Part shown: piece by piece, positions 47,830 through 57,423 of the stretch
How positions within the stretch are numbered: the first letter of the stretch is position 1
Layout: each line of letters starts with the position of its first letter
NCBI GenBank assembly: GCA_963781615.1
Contig: CAWAGI010000007.1
Coordinates: 318,748 to 382,747, forward strand
Source of the DNA: an uncultured Actinomycetes bacterium
GTDB lineage: Bacteria; Actinomycetota; Acidimicrobiia; IMCC26256; JACDBD01
Reading direction: 5' to 3'
Length of the DNA stretch: 64,000 bases
Translations under genes and position numbers: made by a program
The notes under the pieces: model-generated
Database searches by the model: none
What the model was told of the DNA's origin: nothing
Seen by the model: the letters and a program-made list of their open reading frames with translations, nothing else

Positions 47830-48252
47830 GTGAGCTACGACGAGGCGATCTTCCAGACGTACCTCGGCGAGGTGCCGATGTTCGGAGCCTGCTCCGAGGA
47901 CGAGCTGAGCGCGGTCGCGTACCTGGCTTCACCCCGCGCCGTCGAGGCGGGCGCCGAGATCGTGCGCGAGGGCGACGCGGGCAACGAGTTCTTCGTGCTG
48001 ATGATGGGCATCGCACACGTCAGCCGCCACGGACACGACGTCGCGCGCCTCGAGCCCGGCGCCTACTTCGGGGAGCTCGCGCTCTTCGATCCCGCGCCGC
48101 GGAACGCCACGATCACCGCCGACGTGCCCGTCACCATGGCAGTCCTCGAGCGGGACCGGTTCCAGGCCGCGCTCGACGCCATCCCGGCGATGCGGGACGC
48201 GCTCCTCCGCGGCATGGCGCGGCGTCTCCACGAGGTCGACGCCCGCATCTGA
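47830..48252 (+). CDS. Stand-alone cyclic-nucleotide-binding (CAP-effector-type) domain protein
   Basis: VPMFGACSEDELSAVA...EGDAGNEFFVLMMG...GAYFGELALFDPAPRNATITA. GTG 47830 follows GGAAGGAG. No HTH or other output domain (141 aa). Confidence 0.85.
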   Translation: MSYDEAIFQTYLGEVPMFGACSEDELSAVAYLASPRAVEAGAEIVREGDAGNEFFVLMMGIAHVSRHGHDVARLEPGAYFGELALFDPAPRNATITADVPVTMAVLERDRFQAALDAIPAMRDALLRGMARRLHEVDARI

Positions 48253-48253
48253 C

Positions 48254-48268
48254 CCGGCGATCCGCCGG
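48254..48268. terminator. Hairpin CCGGCG-ATC-CGCCGG between convergent genes
   Basis: 6-bp perfect stem, read directly, 2 nt after the cNMP-binding gene stop. No U-tract. Confidence 0.3.
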
Positions 48269-48286
48269 CGAGCCGAGGCGCCTGGG

Positions 48287-48664
48287 TCAGCAGCCCGAGC
48301 CCGCCCACGGCCCCGGACCCTGCCACTGGTAGAGCTGCCAGGCCATGTCGTCCTGGAGGGTGGGGATGGCTCGGGCGGGGTCGGCGCCGACCTGGTCGTT
48401 GGCGCCGATGTGCCTGGCGGTGGCGTCCCACGTGCTCTGCAGGAACTGGTACGCGCCGCGGTACAGACCGGTGGGCGAGACGGCCTGGTAGTTGCCGCCC
48501 GATTCGTGCTGGCGCACACAGGTGAGGAAGGGGTCGTTGTGATGGGTGCTCAGAGAGCCGCTGGAGTCGGACGGGAAGCACCCGACCGCGAGCAGCGCGG
48601 CCGCGATGACGGCCGCCGCCAGCCAGCGGCGTGGGGACGCGAGGTGCCGCGCGCGTCGAGACAA
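48287..48664 (-). CDS. Transglycosylase-like (Rpf-type) domain protein, probable lipoprotein
   Basis: LLAVGC lipobox-like leader. CVRQHESGGNYQAVSPTGLYRGAYQF...W matches the resuscitation-promoting-factor/transglycosylase-like core. Confidence 0.8.
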   Translation of the reverse strand: MSRRARHLASPRRWLAAAVIAAALLAVGCFPSDSSGSLSTHHNDPFLTCVRQHESGGNYQAVSPTGLYRGAYQFLQSTWDATARHIGANDQVGADPARAIPTLQDDMAWQLYQWQGPGPWAGSGC

Positions 48665-48725
48665 GGGGGGAAGAACCGGGATTTCGCCACCGTAGCTTGT
48701 GGTGGTGGCCTGACCGCGGACCCCG

Positions 48726-49934
48726 TCAGACGGTGGCCCGCCGGGCGCCGGTGGGGGTGAAGGTCACGGGCAGGTGCTTGGGGCCGGAGATGAAGTTCGA
48801 CGCCAGCCACTCGACGGGACCGGCCGCCGACATGTCGGGGAGCCGGGTGAGGAGCTCGCGCAGCAGCGCTTGGATCTCGACCCGGGCGATGTGCGAGCCG
48901 AGGCAGAAGTGCGGGCCGCCGCCGCCGAACGCGATCTGCTCGTTCGGTGACCGCCCGACGTCGAAGCGCTCGGGCTCGGCGAAGGCACGCTCGTCACGGT
49001 TGGCCGAGCCGTAGTACATGACGACCTTGTCGCCGGTCGCGATCTGTGTGCCGGCGAGCTCGCAGTCCCGGGTCGCGGTGCGCCGCATGTAGATCACCGG
49101 GCTCACCCAACGCAGCATCTCTTCGACGGCGGTCGGCAGCATGCCGTCGAGGTCGTCCTGGAGACGGCGGCGTTCCTCGGGATGCTCGAACAGCGCAACC
49201 AACCCGCCGCCGACGAGGTTGCGCGTGGTGTCGCCGCCGGCGTCGATGAGCAACAGGAAGAACAGGTTGAAGTCGATGTCGTCGAGTCGCTCGCCGTCGA
49301 CCTCGGCGGTGAGGATCCGGCTCGCGAGGTCGTCGCCCGGGTGCGCGCGCTTGTTCTCGGCGACGTCCCGCGCGTAATTGAACATCTCGATGATCGCGGT
49401 GAGCCCGGCGCCCTCCGGCACGCTCTCCGGCGCGGCGTGGATCGTCTCGGTGAGGTGGTAGAGCTTGCGCCCGTCGTCGAGCGGGATACCCAGCAGTTCG
49501 GCGATCACGAACGACGGCATCTCGCCGGCGATGTCGGTGACGGCGTCGCATTCGCCCCGCTCGATCACGGCGTCGATGATCCCGGCGGCGAGCTCGTCGA
49601 TGCGGGCCCGCAACTGTTCCGCCGAGCGTGGCGTGAACTGGCTGTTGATGATGCGTCGCAGGCGCGTGTGACGCGGCGGGTCCGACGTGATCATCATCTG
49701 GTGGTCGCCGAAGTCGATGTTCGCCAGGTCGGGGATCATGATCGTCGGCATCGACGAGTAGTGCTCCGGGTCGCGCCCGACCTCGCGCACGTCGTCGTAG
49801 CGGGTGACGGCCCAGAAGCCGGGCCCGTCCGGTTCCGGGTGCCGGTAGACGGGGGCGTGGTCGCGCAGCCAGCGGAACTGCTCGTGGGGCTGGCCGTTCG
49901 CGAACGACGCCGGGTCGAGCAGGTCGATGTTCAC
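48726..49934 (-). CDS. Cytochrome P450 (intact)
   Basis: DPPRHTRLRR, AGGDTTRN (I-helix), EEMLRW (ExxR), FGGGGPHFCLGSHIA (heme loop). The GTG start at 49934 overlaps the upstream stop (GTGA). Confidence 0.9.
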   Translation of the reverse strand: MNIDLLDPASFANGQPHEQFRWLRDHAPVYRHPEPDGPGFWAVTRYDDVREVGRDPEHYSSMPTIMIPDLANIDFGDHQMMITSDPPRHTRLRRIINSQFTPRSAEQLRARIDELAAGIIDAVIERGECDAVTDIAGEMPSFVIAELLGIPLDDGRKLYHLTETIHAAPESVPEGAGLTAIIEMFNYARDVAENKRAHPGDDLASRILTAEVDGERLDDIDFNLFFLLLIDAGGDTTRNLVGGGLVALFEHPEERRRLQDDLDGMLPTAVEEMLRWVSPVIYMRRTATRDCELAGTQIATGDKVVMYYGSANRDERAFAEPERFDVGRSPNEQIAFGGGGPHFCLGSHIARVEIQALLRELLTRLPDMSAAGPVEWLASNFISGPKHLPVTFTPTGARRATV

Positions 49935-50386
49935 GCCGGGATCTCGAACAGCGCGGTGATCTTGTCGATCGTCGCTCGCTCGGCGGGCGTGACGGTCTTG
50001 GCCGCTGCCGCGACCGCCTTGGCGATGTCGACGAACCAGCCGCCGATCTGCGCGGCTTCCTCGTTCGGCAGCTTGCGCAGCGCGGTCGCGGCGCCGCCGA
50101 GATCGGCGAGGGACGCCTCCGCGACCTGCTCGAGGTTCGCCACCTGATGCTGGCTCGCGTTGTGGCGGGCTTCCTTGCTCTCGGCTTCTTTGGCGATCTC
50201 GGCGACGAGCTCGTCGGCGGGGCCACCCGCCGGCGGGTGGGCGATCGTCCGCACGCTCGCGGTCGCCTCCTTGACCACCGAGATGGGCCCGTGCTCGCCC
50301 ACGGCGAACAGCGCCAGCGTGACGAGCAGCGGGGCCTCGGTGAGCGCCTTCCATTCCTCGTCGGTGAATGCCGACTTCTCGGTCAT
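49931..50386 (-). CDS. Hypothetical helical protein (152 aa)
   Basis: MTEKSAFTDEEWKALTEAPLLVTLALFAVG... Translationally coupled to the P450. No family recognised. Confidence 0.6.
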   Translation of the reverse strand: MTEKSAFTDEEWKALTEAPLLVTLALFAVGEHGPISVVKEATASVRTIAHPPAGGPADELVAEIAKEAESKEARHNASQHQVANLEQVAEASLADLGGAATALRKLPNEEAAQIGGWFVDIAKAVAAAAKTVTPAERATIDKITALFEIPA

Positions 50387-50676
50387 CGGGTCATGCTGCC
50401 ACGGGGGAGATTCGCCCGCGGCCAGCCCTGCCGCTCCCCGCTGGTACACTGTCACCGTCAGCTTCGGTCGCGAGATCGCGAACGAACGCGACGGTCTGGT
50501 ACCGCATTCTCTTTGTCGCTCCCGCATGCGGGCAGTGTCCCGGGGAAACGGTTCGCCCCAGTGAGATACCTGTCCGCGTCGTCCCCGTCACGCAGCCGAA
50601 TTCGATACGGCACGTGTCCCTGGCAGCCGGCTGCTGACGCCGGCATTCAGGGGCGAGAACAAGTCAAGGAATGAAC
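50387..50676 (+). promoter_or_regulatory. Divergent promoter region and long cspA 5' leader
   Basis: 290 nt without a credible ORF and with lower local GC, directly upstream of a cold-shock gene. Long structured leaders are typical of csp mRNAs. Confidence 0.4.
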
Positions 50677-50880
50677 ATGGCAACGCAAGGCACAGTGAAA
50701 TGGTTCAATTCGGAGAAGGGCTTCGGATTCATCGAGCGCGAGGGCGCCGATGACGTCTTCGTCCACTTCTCGGCGATCCAGGGCGACGGCTACCGCTCCC
50801 TGGAGGACGGGCAGCGCGTCGAGTTCGACGTGGCCCCGGGCCGGAAGGGCGAGGAAGCCCAGAACGTCCGAGTCATCTGA
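50677..50880 (+). CDS. cspA: Cold-shock protein (CspA family)
   Basis: [35 protein letters not shown] carries the RNP1 (KGFGFI) and RNP2 (VFVHF) motifs. AAGGAA lies 5 nt upstream of ATG 50677. Confidence 0.95.
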   Translation: MATQGTVKWFNSEKGFGFIEREGADDVFVHFSAIQGDGYRSLEDGQRVEFDVAPGRKGEEAQNVRVI

Positions 50881-50965
50881 CGAGCTTCACGCGAGGCGCC
50901 GGGTCGCGGCATCGCCGCCGCCCCGGCACTCGCGGGAAGAGGGAAGCAGAAGAAGAGGAGTAGCC

Positions 50966-51169
50966 ATGGCTGGTCGGCAGCGCACGTCGTTCGGAAAGCG
51001 TGAGCGCGAGCGCAAGCGGCAGGAGAAGCAAGCTGCCAAGCGCGCTCGTCGGCACCATGACGGTGAGGCCCCGCCCGAGCCGGAGCGCTTCGGCGACGCC
51101 CCGCCCGAGCCGGAAGGCTTCGGTGAGGCCCCGCCCGAGCCGGAACCCCTCGGGCGCGGCGAAGGCTGA
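50966..51169 (+). CDS. Small basic protein with triple APPEPE repeat (67 aa)
   Basis: AAGAGGAG SD lies 6 nt before the ATG. MAGRQRTSFGKRERERKRQEKQAAKRARR is followed by three 10-aa repeats. Confidence 0.55.
   Translation: MAGRQRTSFGKRERERKRQEKQAAKRARRHHDGEAPPEPERFGDAPPEPEGFGEAPPEPEPLGRGEG
51061..51150 (+). repeat. 3 x 30-nt tandem repeat (cggtgaggccccgcccgagccggagcgctt and variants)
   Basis: Read directly. In frame within the small basic ORF (G-E/D-APPEPE-x-F/L). Confidence 0.9.
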
Positions 51170-51182
51170 GGGCGCGTCCGCG

Positions 51183-51647
51183 TCAGACGCGGACCGCGTC
51201 CCAGGATTGCTCGACTGCGGAGACGATCCGGGGAACCACGGCGCGCACGTCCGCCGCGTCCCGGTCGAGCCACTCGGCGTCGGTCACCTCGACCCCGGAC
51301 TCTTCGAAGAGCCGGTGCAGGTCACTGAGTTGCGCCGCCAGCCAGCCGCTCGGGTCGGCGCGGATCTCGTCGCTCCAGGTCCGATCGCACGGCTCGACGC
51401 CGTGGAAGCGGGGATGGAAGTGCGCGCTGCGCAGGTTGCCGGGCGGCTCGTCGACCCGGTCGAAGAGATCGGCGCGGAAGACGGGCTCGTCGATGACGAG
51501 GCGCTGCGCCGCCGAGCGCGAGCCTCGCTGCGGCTCGTCGGCGAGCAAGCGGACCTCGACCCGGGCACCCCGCTCGGGCGGGTCCATCGGCTCCTGCCAG
51601 GTGCGGACGATCACGGCCACCTTCTCGAACACGAACGCCTGCTGCAT
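51183..51647 (-). CDS. Hypothetical protein (154 aa)
   Basis: Intact GC3-rich ORF, divergent from 51765..52358. No family recognised. Confidence 0.55.
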   Translation of the reverse strand: MQQAFVFEKVAVIVRTWQEPMDPPERGARVEVRLLADEPQRGSRSAAQRLVIDEPVFRADLFDRVDEPPGNLRSAHFHPRFHGVEPCDRTWSDEIRADPSGWLAAQLSDLHRLFEESGVEVTDAEWLDRDAADVRAVVPRIVSAVEQSWDAVRV

Positions 51648-51764
51648 CGCTGCAACCTCCCGACCGACGAGTCCACGCTACGTCGCCCGGTCGGGGCGCT
51701 GGTTGCGGCAATACGTCCACGGGACGATCATTCGCGGCGAAAGCCGTCCCCGGAGGTGGTGCGC

Positions 51765-52358
51765 ATGTTCGTGCAGGTGATCGAAGGTCGCGTGTCCGAC
51801 CGCGACGGGCTGCGCCGCCAGATGGACAAGTGGATGACCGATCTCCGGCCCGGCGCGACCGGCTTCCTCGGATCGACCGCCGGCGTCACCGAGGACGGGA
51901 AGGGCATCGCGTTCGCGCGCTTCGAGTCGGCGGCCGCCGCCCAGGCCAACAGCGAGCGTCCCGAGCAGGGTCGGTGGTGGGCCGACACCGAGAAGTGCTA
52001 CTCGGGTGACGTCACGTTCACCGACTCGGAGGAGACCGAGACATTCCTCGGCGGCGGGTCGAACGACGCCGGGTTCGTCCAGATCATGCGGGGGACCGCC
52101 GACCGGGACCAGCTGCACGCGATGGACGCCGCCTTCGAGCAGGTCGCAGGGTCGTGGCGGCCGGATCTCATCGGCGTGTTCCGGGTCTGGACCGGGCCCG
52201 ACGGCTACACCGACGTCAACTACTTCACGAGCGAGGCCGCCGCACGCGAGGGAGAGAAGAAGGAGCCGCCGCCCGAGCTCGCCGACCAGATGGCCGGCTT
52301 CGACGAGCTGATGGCCGGCGTCGAGTTCATCGACCTGAAGGATCCGTGGCTGTACTGA
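51765..52358 (+). CDS. Hypothetical protein with internal duplication (two ferredoxin-like/ABM-like halves)
   Basis: GGAGGTGG precedes ATG 51765. FVQVIEGRVSDRDGLRRQMDKW... and FVQIMRGTADRDQLHAMDAAFEQ... are clearly related halves. Confidence 0.65.
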   Translation: MFVQVIEGRVSDRDGLRRQMDKWMTDLRPGATGFLGSTAGVTEDGKGIAFARFESAAAAQANSERPEQGRWWADTEKCYSGDVTFTDSEETETFLGGGSNDAGFVQIMRGTADRDQLHAMDAAFEQVAGSWRPDLIGVFRVWTGPDGYTDVNYFTSEAAAREGEKKEPPPELADQMAGFDELMAGVEFIDLKDPWLY

Positions 52359-52441
52359 CGCGCCCACCGCGGTAATTCGTTCGTGCGTGTCACACCCCAT
52401 CGATACGGTACGCATGCCGTGATCAATGGGGAGACAGTCCG

Positions 52442-52834
52442 ATGCACGAGCGCGTGCACCACACGCAAGCGCGCAACGCGTTCCGGCCCGGAGGCGGGTC
52501 CTACGCGGCGCGTCTCGTCTCGGCGCTGGACCGCGACGCGCTCGTCGCCCGGCTGTCCGATCACGTCCAGGTCGCCCTGGTCATCGCCCGGCCCGACCGG
52601 CTGGCTGCGGTGCTCCGGCGTGCCGACGTCTCCCTGATCGAGACGGCGCCGTTAGTCCTGGTCAGCGAGGCCTACGGCGTGCTCGGGATCGCCACCGGCC
52701 CGCCGGAGCCGCCCACGGAGCTGCGGGTGTGGTCGAACATCTCGCTGCTCGAGGACGGCGAGGCCGTCGAGATCCCTGCCGTCGACCCGGAGCAGCCGTC
52801 GCTGCAGCTCCTCGCGGCACGGCGGGCCGCCTGA
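52442..52834 (+). CDS. Hypothetical protein (130 aa)
   Basis: GC3-rich ORF filling an otherwise empty gap. No motif recognised. Confidence 0.4.
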   Translation: MHERVHHTQARNAFRPGGGSYAARLVSALDRDALVARLSDHVQVALVIARPDRLAAVLRRADVSLIETAPLVLVSEAYGVLGIATGPPEPPTELRVWSNISLLEDGEAVEIPAVDPEQPSLQLLAARRAA

Positions 52835-52861
52835 GCCCGGGAGCGTGCGCCGGCAGTGCGG

Positions 52862-53281
52862 TCACTGCTGCCGGCGCGCGTCCTCTTCGAGGCGGCGGGC
52901 GGCGGTCGCCCGGATCTGCTCGCCGATCTCGGGCTCCTCGACCAGCAGCTCGGCGAACTCCCGCTGGCCGATGACGTCGAGCACCGCCGGCGAGGTGGCG
53001 ACGACGGTCGCCGTGCGTGGCCGGTCCTCGATGAGGGCGATCTCGCCCACGTAGTCGCCGGCGCCGCAGGTCGCGATCACGTCGTCGTCCTGACGGATCT
53101 CCACCTCACCCTCGAGGACGATGATGAACTCGTGCCCCATGCCGCCTTCGCGGGCGAGCACGCGCCCGGGCTCGACGTCGACTCGCGTGGCGAGACTCCG
53201 GACCTGACGGAGCTGCTTCTTCGAGAGGTCCTTGAAGAGCGGCACCTGTGCGAGCAACTCGTCGGTCGTGGCCTTGGCCAT
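52862..53281 (-). CDS. Stand-alone cyclic-nucleotide-binding domain protein (second copy)
   Basis: VPLFKDLSKKQLRQV...EGGMGHEFIIVLEG...GDYVGEIALIEDRPRTATVVA. 139 aa, no output domain. Confidence 0.85.
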   Translation of the reverse strand: MAKATTDELLAQVPLFKDLSKKQLRQVRSLATRVDVEPGRVLAREGGMGHEFIIVLEGEVEIRQDDDVIATCGAGDYVGEIALIEDRPRTATVVATSPAVLDVIGQREFAELLVEEPEIGEQIRATAARRLEEDARRQQ

Positions 53282-53318
53282 CTTCTGCCCCCGATCTCCA
53301 GCCCGTCCGGCGCCGACG

Positions 53319-54624
53319 CTACTTGAGCGTGGGCTTCGACTGGAGGGTGTCCGGCAGCGGGTTGGCCTGGAGGCACACGAACGGCTTGCCCGGCTCTCCG
53401 AAGGTCGGAACGAACCGGCCGTTCTTCACCTTCGAGAGAACGTGGCAGCCCTGGGGCGGAGTCTGGGCGTGCGCGGTGGTCCAGTCGATGCCGGCCACGA
53501 TTCCGCCCGCCGCGTAGTCGGTCATGGCGTTGATGGCGTCGACGACCTTCTGGCGGGTGAACTCGGGCCCGGCCGCCTTGCAGACCCCGGTAGAAGAGGT
53601 CGGCGTTGATCCAGCCGGCGAGCGAGTTCTCGTTCTGCTCGAAGCCGCCGCGCTTCGTCCATCGCTGGAATTCCTTCAACCCGGTGGGCTTCGGCTTCAC
53701 CTCGAACGGCGTGAAGAACGTCGAGACGTAGGACCCCTCGACGAACGGGGAGTTCTGCTCGATGAACTCGTGGTTGTAGGCGTTCGCCAGGTACTGCGGG
53801 GCCGCCAGCCCCTGCTTCTTCATCTCCTTCGCGAGCGTCAACGTCCCGTTGGTGTCCATGCAGCTGACCACCAGGTCGATGCCGTCGTCCTTCATGCGGG
53901 ACACGTCGGTGCTCAGGTCAGCGACCCCGAACGACAGGCTGGTGTCCCGGAACACGATCCGCGCCGACGGGTACTTGTCGAACGACGCCTCGAGCCCCGT
54001 GGCGCAGTCGGCCGACTGCGGCGATTGGTACGCGACCACGCCCACCTTCTTGGCCTTCACCTGCTTCGCGAGCCACGGCACGGGCTGGCCCGGACAGGTG
54101 AAGCACAGGTACGAGCCCTTCTCTCCGAACAGGTTCGGCGGGCCCGCCCCCTGCTCGGAGCCCCACTCGGCGTTGATGTTCCAGCCGAAGGTCGGGACGC
54201 CCGCCTGGGCGAGCAGGTCGGCTCCGGTGAACAGGAGCACCGCGACCGGCACGACCGCGAACACGTCGTCCTCGGACAGGAGGGCCTGCACCTCCTGCCG
54301 GTTCATCGCGACCTGGTCGTCACGCTGGGATGTCAGCTGCAATTTGCGCCCGTAGATGCCCTTGGCCTTCGACGCATTGACCATGTCGAAGTACGCCTTC
54401 ACGCCGTCGAAGGCGGACGCGTAGTCACCGCCGAGCGGATTCGTCTTCGAGACGACGCCTCCGACGCGGATCTCGCTGTTCGTGACGCCGGGCTGGTCGA
54501 CGTCGGGGAACGGCTGGCGGGGCGCGCGCTCTTCGGCTGCGCTCGGCATTGCGGTCGCGGCGAGCACACCCGCCGTGATCGCCAGGCTCGCGAGCACCGC
54601 ACTCACAGGACGGCTGTCGGTCAC
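53319..54624 (-). CDS. ABC transporter substrate-binding protein (LivJ/branched-chain amino-acid type; one apparent frameshift near 53580)
   Basis: Signal peptide, then IRVGGVVSKTNPLGGDY...GRKLQLTSQRDDQ. The C-terminal KAAGPEFTRQKVVDAINAMTDYAAGG... continues in ORF 53319..53525. Confidence 0.8.
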
Positions 54625-54711
54625 GTGTGGACCAACCTAGCTGCGAAGGCGTCATCGCCGTTTGCGTCCACCTATCCTCTGGGTAGGCGCCTACGACGGC
54701 GAGGGCGGAGC

Positions 54712-55152
54712 ATGGATCTGACGAGTCCGGAGTTCGAAGAGGGCGAAGGGATTCCGCGTCCGCGTACGTGTGACGGTGAGGACTCGCCGCCCGAGCTCCA
54801 CTGGAGCGGCGTGCCGAGCGGTGTCGTCGAGCTCGCGTTGACCTGTGAGGATCCCGACTCGCCCGGCGGGACCTTCGTCCACTGGGTGGCGTGGGGGATC
54901 GATCCGTCGAGCGGGCGCCTCGCTGCCGATGCCGGTCCGGCGATCCGCGACGGCCGGAACGGATTCGGCTCGAGCGGTTACCGGGGCCCGTGTCCGCCAG
55001 CCGGACACGGCCCGCATCGGTATGAGTTCACGCTGTCGGCGTTGGACCAGTCGCTCGCTCTCGAACCCGGATCGACGGTCGAAGAGCTTCGCTCGGCGAT
55101 CGACGGCCACGTTCGGGCAACCGCCACGCTGATGGGCACCTACGAGCGCTGA
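54712..55152 (+). CDS. YbhB/YbcL (PEBP / Raf-kinase-inhibitor-like) family protein
   Basis: DSPPELHWSGVP, CEDPDSPGGTFVHWV, GYRGPCPPAGHGPHRYEFTLSAL. Canonical bacterial PEBP motifs. Confidence 0.85.
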   Translation: MDLTSPEFEEGEGIPRPRTCDGEDSPPELHWSGVPSGVVELALTCEDPDSPGGTFVHWVAWGIDPSSGRLAADAGPAIRDGRNGFGSSGYRGPCPPAGHGPHRYEFTLSALDQSLALEPGSTVEELRSAIDGHVRATATLMGTYER

Positions 55153-55153
55153 C

Positions 55154-56302
55154 TCAGGAGGTCGCGCAGACGGCGGCGCGGCTGGAGAGGCCGATCCCGC
55201 GGCGGCCCTCACGGATCGGGTTCAGGTCGCGGCCGTTGGTGACGTAACAGAAGGACAGTCCGCTCTCGGGGTCCGCCCAGGCGATCTGACCGCCGGCGCC
55301 GTTGTGCCCGAACGTGCGGGGCGATTGCGTGTGCCCGAACCCGCGCCGGTTGGCGTTGCCGTCGTCACCGGCGACGACGACACCGAGGGCGCGGTTGGCG
55401 GTCACGCCGAGCAGCGGATCGGGGAAGTTGTTGCGCACGCGGCTCGTGGCGTCGGCGAGGACGCCGGCGTCCCAGAGCCCGTCCTCGTTGTGGAGCAGGG
55501 CCTGGTAGAAGAGCGCCACCGTGGCCGCGGTGGCGATGCCGCCCCCGCCGGGGACGCCCAGTTCACGGACGTCGGAGCGGTTGAACGACAGCAACGCGTC
55601 GTCGGTCACCTCGGTGACGGGCAGCTCGGGCACACCGAAGATCTCCTGGAGCTCCTCTGGTGACGCCGGCTCGCCGCTCAACTCGAGCTCGGCGATGCCG
55701 TCCTGGTCGCCGGGCGCGATGCCGACGACGCGAGGGAGACCGAGCGCGCCCGTCACCCGCTCGTGGACGACGACGCGGTAGTCGCGCCCGGAGATCCGCT
55801 CGATGAGCTCCGCGAGCACCCAGTGGGCCGAGGTCGGGTGGTACTCGTGCGCGGTGCCGGGCTCCCAGTTGAGCCGCCACTTCGCGAACGCCTCGAGGCG
55901 CCGGTCGCGGTCGGCCCACGCCGGCGGCCCCAGCGGCGCCCGCGGGAACCCCGACGTGTGCAGCATGACCTGCTCGACCGTGACGACTTCCTTGCCGTTG
56001 GTGGCGAACTCGGGGATGTACTCGGCCACGCGCCGGTCGACGTCGAGGCTGCCGTCGCCGATGAGCTGCCAGGCGGTGCTCGCCACGAACGCCTTCGTCG
56101 CCGAGAAGATGACGTAGCGGGTGTCCAGGCCGGCGTCACCGACGGCCTCGAACGCCGCCAGCTGCCCGTCCTTGGCCAGCGCGAACTGGCACGACGGCAA
56201 CAGCCCGCTGTCGATCTCCCGCCGTGCCCGGGTGCGCAGCTCGTCGAGCCGTCCGGCGTCGATGCCGAGCGACTCCGGGTCGACCACATCGGTGACGGTC
56301 AT
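55154..56302 (-). CDS. Serine hydrolase (beta-lactamase/esterase class C-like)
   Basis: SxxK motif FSATKAF. Also HTSGF and a C-terminal HNGAGG. Intact 382 aa. Confidence 0.85.
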   Translation of the reverse strand: MTVTDVVDPESLGIDAGRLDELRTRARREIDSGLLPSCQFALAKDGQLAAFEAVGDAGLDTRYVIFSATKAFVASTAWQLIGDGSLDVDRRVAEYIPEFATNGKEVVTVEQVMLHTSGFPRAPLGPPAWADRDRRLEAFAKWRLNWEPGTAHEYHPTSAHWVLAELIERISGRDYRVVVHERVTGALGLPRVVGIAPGDQDGIAELELSGEPASPEELQEIFGVPELPVTEVTDDALLSFNRSDVRELGVPGGGGIATAATVALFYQALLHNEDGLWDAGVLADATSRVRNNFPDPLLGVTANRALGVVVAGDDGNANRRGFGHTQSPRTFGHNGAGGQIAWADPESGLSFCYVTNGRDLNPIREGRRGIGLSSRAAVCATS

Positions 56303-56387
56303 GTCCGCACGCTAGACCTTCCCGAATCTCGGATGCCTTACGATCCACGAGGCGCCGCTGCCAGCCGCGAGTCGCCAGGAGTCCGAT

Positions 56388-56747
56388 ATGGAGATCTTCA
56401 AGGAGTTCACGTTCGAGGCCGCGCACCGCCTTCCGAACGTCCCTCCTGATCACAAGTGCGCCCGTCTCCACGGGCACTCGTTCCGGGTGCGGGTCGAGAT
56501 CGACGGGCCGGTCGGCCAGGAGAGCGGTTGGGTTCGCGACTTCGCCGATGTGACGTGCGCGATGCAGCCCGTGCTCGATCGCCTGGACCACTACTACCTG
56601 AACGAGGTTCCCGGGCTCGAGAACCCGACGAGCGAGCTCATCGCCCGGTGGATCTGGGATCGGCTCGCTCCTTCTCTCCCGGAGCTGTCGCAGGTCGTCG
56701 TCCACGAGACGTGCACCTCGGGGTGCGTCTACCGGGGTGATGCATGA
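56388..56747 (+). CDS. queD: 6-carboxy-5,6,7,8-tetrahydropterin synthase
   Basis: [29 protein letters not shown]...[25 protein letters not shown]...[12 protein letters not shown]. Very close, from memory, to E. coli QueD, including the Zn-binding His residues and the catalytic Cys. Confidence 0.9.
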   Translation: MEIFKEFTFEAAHRLPNVPPDHKCARLHGHSFRVRVEIDGPVGQESGWVRDFADVTCAMQPVLDRLDHYYLNEVPGLENPTSELIARWIWDRLAPSLPELSQVVVHETCTSGCVYRGDA

Positions 56748-57403
56748 GCGACGGCGGCGTCGCGGTCCTGGCCAGCGGTGGTCTCGACAGCGCCGTGCTG
56801 ACGGCGGAGTTCCTCGGCGAAGGCCGCGTCGTGCAGCCGATCTACGTCCGGTTCGGTCTCGCGTGGGAGGCGACCGAGGAGACGCACCTCCGGCGCTTCC
56901 TCGACACACTCACGAGCTCCGACCTCCGGTCGCTCGTCACACTCGACCTCCCGGTCGCCGACACGTACGGGTCGCATTGGAGCCTCTCCGCCGACGACGT
57001 CCCCGACGCGCACACACCCGACGAAGCCGTGTACCTCCCGGGCAGGAACGTGCTCCTCTTGGCCAAGACGTCGATCTGGTGCGCGCTCCATGAGTATCCG
57101 GTCATCGCGCTCGGCACGCTGAAGGGGAATCCCTTCGCGGACAGCAGTCGTGAGTTCTTCGACGACTTCGCATCTCTCGTCGACACGGCGGTGGATCATC
57201 GACTCGAGATCGCGACGCCGTTCTCCGACCTCAACAAGGCCCAGGTGCTCGAGCTCGGCCGGCACCTCCAACTCCAGCACACGTTCTCGTGCATCGACCC
57301 GAGCGCGGGAGTTCACTGCGGACGGTGCAACAAGTGCGCCGAGCGTCAACGCGCGTTCGCCGAGGTCTCGATCGCCGACGTCACGACCTATGCGAGTCGC
57401 TGA
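56744..57403 (+). CDS. queC: QueC-like PP-loop ATPase (7-cyano-7-deazaguanine synthase family, divergent)
   Basis: PP-loop [16 protein letters not shown], and the C-terminal Zn cluster [24 protein letters not shown]. The mid-region ([16 protein letters not shown]) differs from the canonical ETDxSGYPDCR segment I remember for E. coli QueC. The ATG overlaps the queD stop (ATGA). Confidence 0.75.
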   Translation: MSDGGVAVLASGGLDSAVLTAEFLGEGRVVQPIYVRFGLAWEATEETHLRRFLDTLTSSDLRSLVTLDLPVADTYGSHWSLSADDVPDAHTPDEAVYLPGRNVLLLAKTSIWCALHEYPVIALGTLKGNPFADSSREFFDDFASLVDTAVDHRLEIATPFSDLNKAQVLELGRHLQLQHTFSCIDPSAGVHCGRCNKCAERQRAFAEVSIADVTTYASR

Positions 57404-57423
57404 GGATCCCGAGGGGCATCCCG

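Noticed and set aside
50881-50965. Hairpin GCCGGG...CCCGGC after cspA, considered as an intrinsic terminator.
   Set aside because: The stem is interrupted and has no U-tract. The next gene's SD follows immediately, so read-through into the small basic ORF seems as likely.
56303-56387. preQ1 riboswitch upstream of queD.
   Set aside because: The 85-nt divergent intergenic region shows no preQ1-I/II-like hairpin plus A-rich tail. It is too short and GC-rich.
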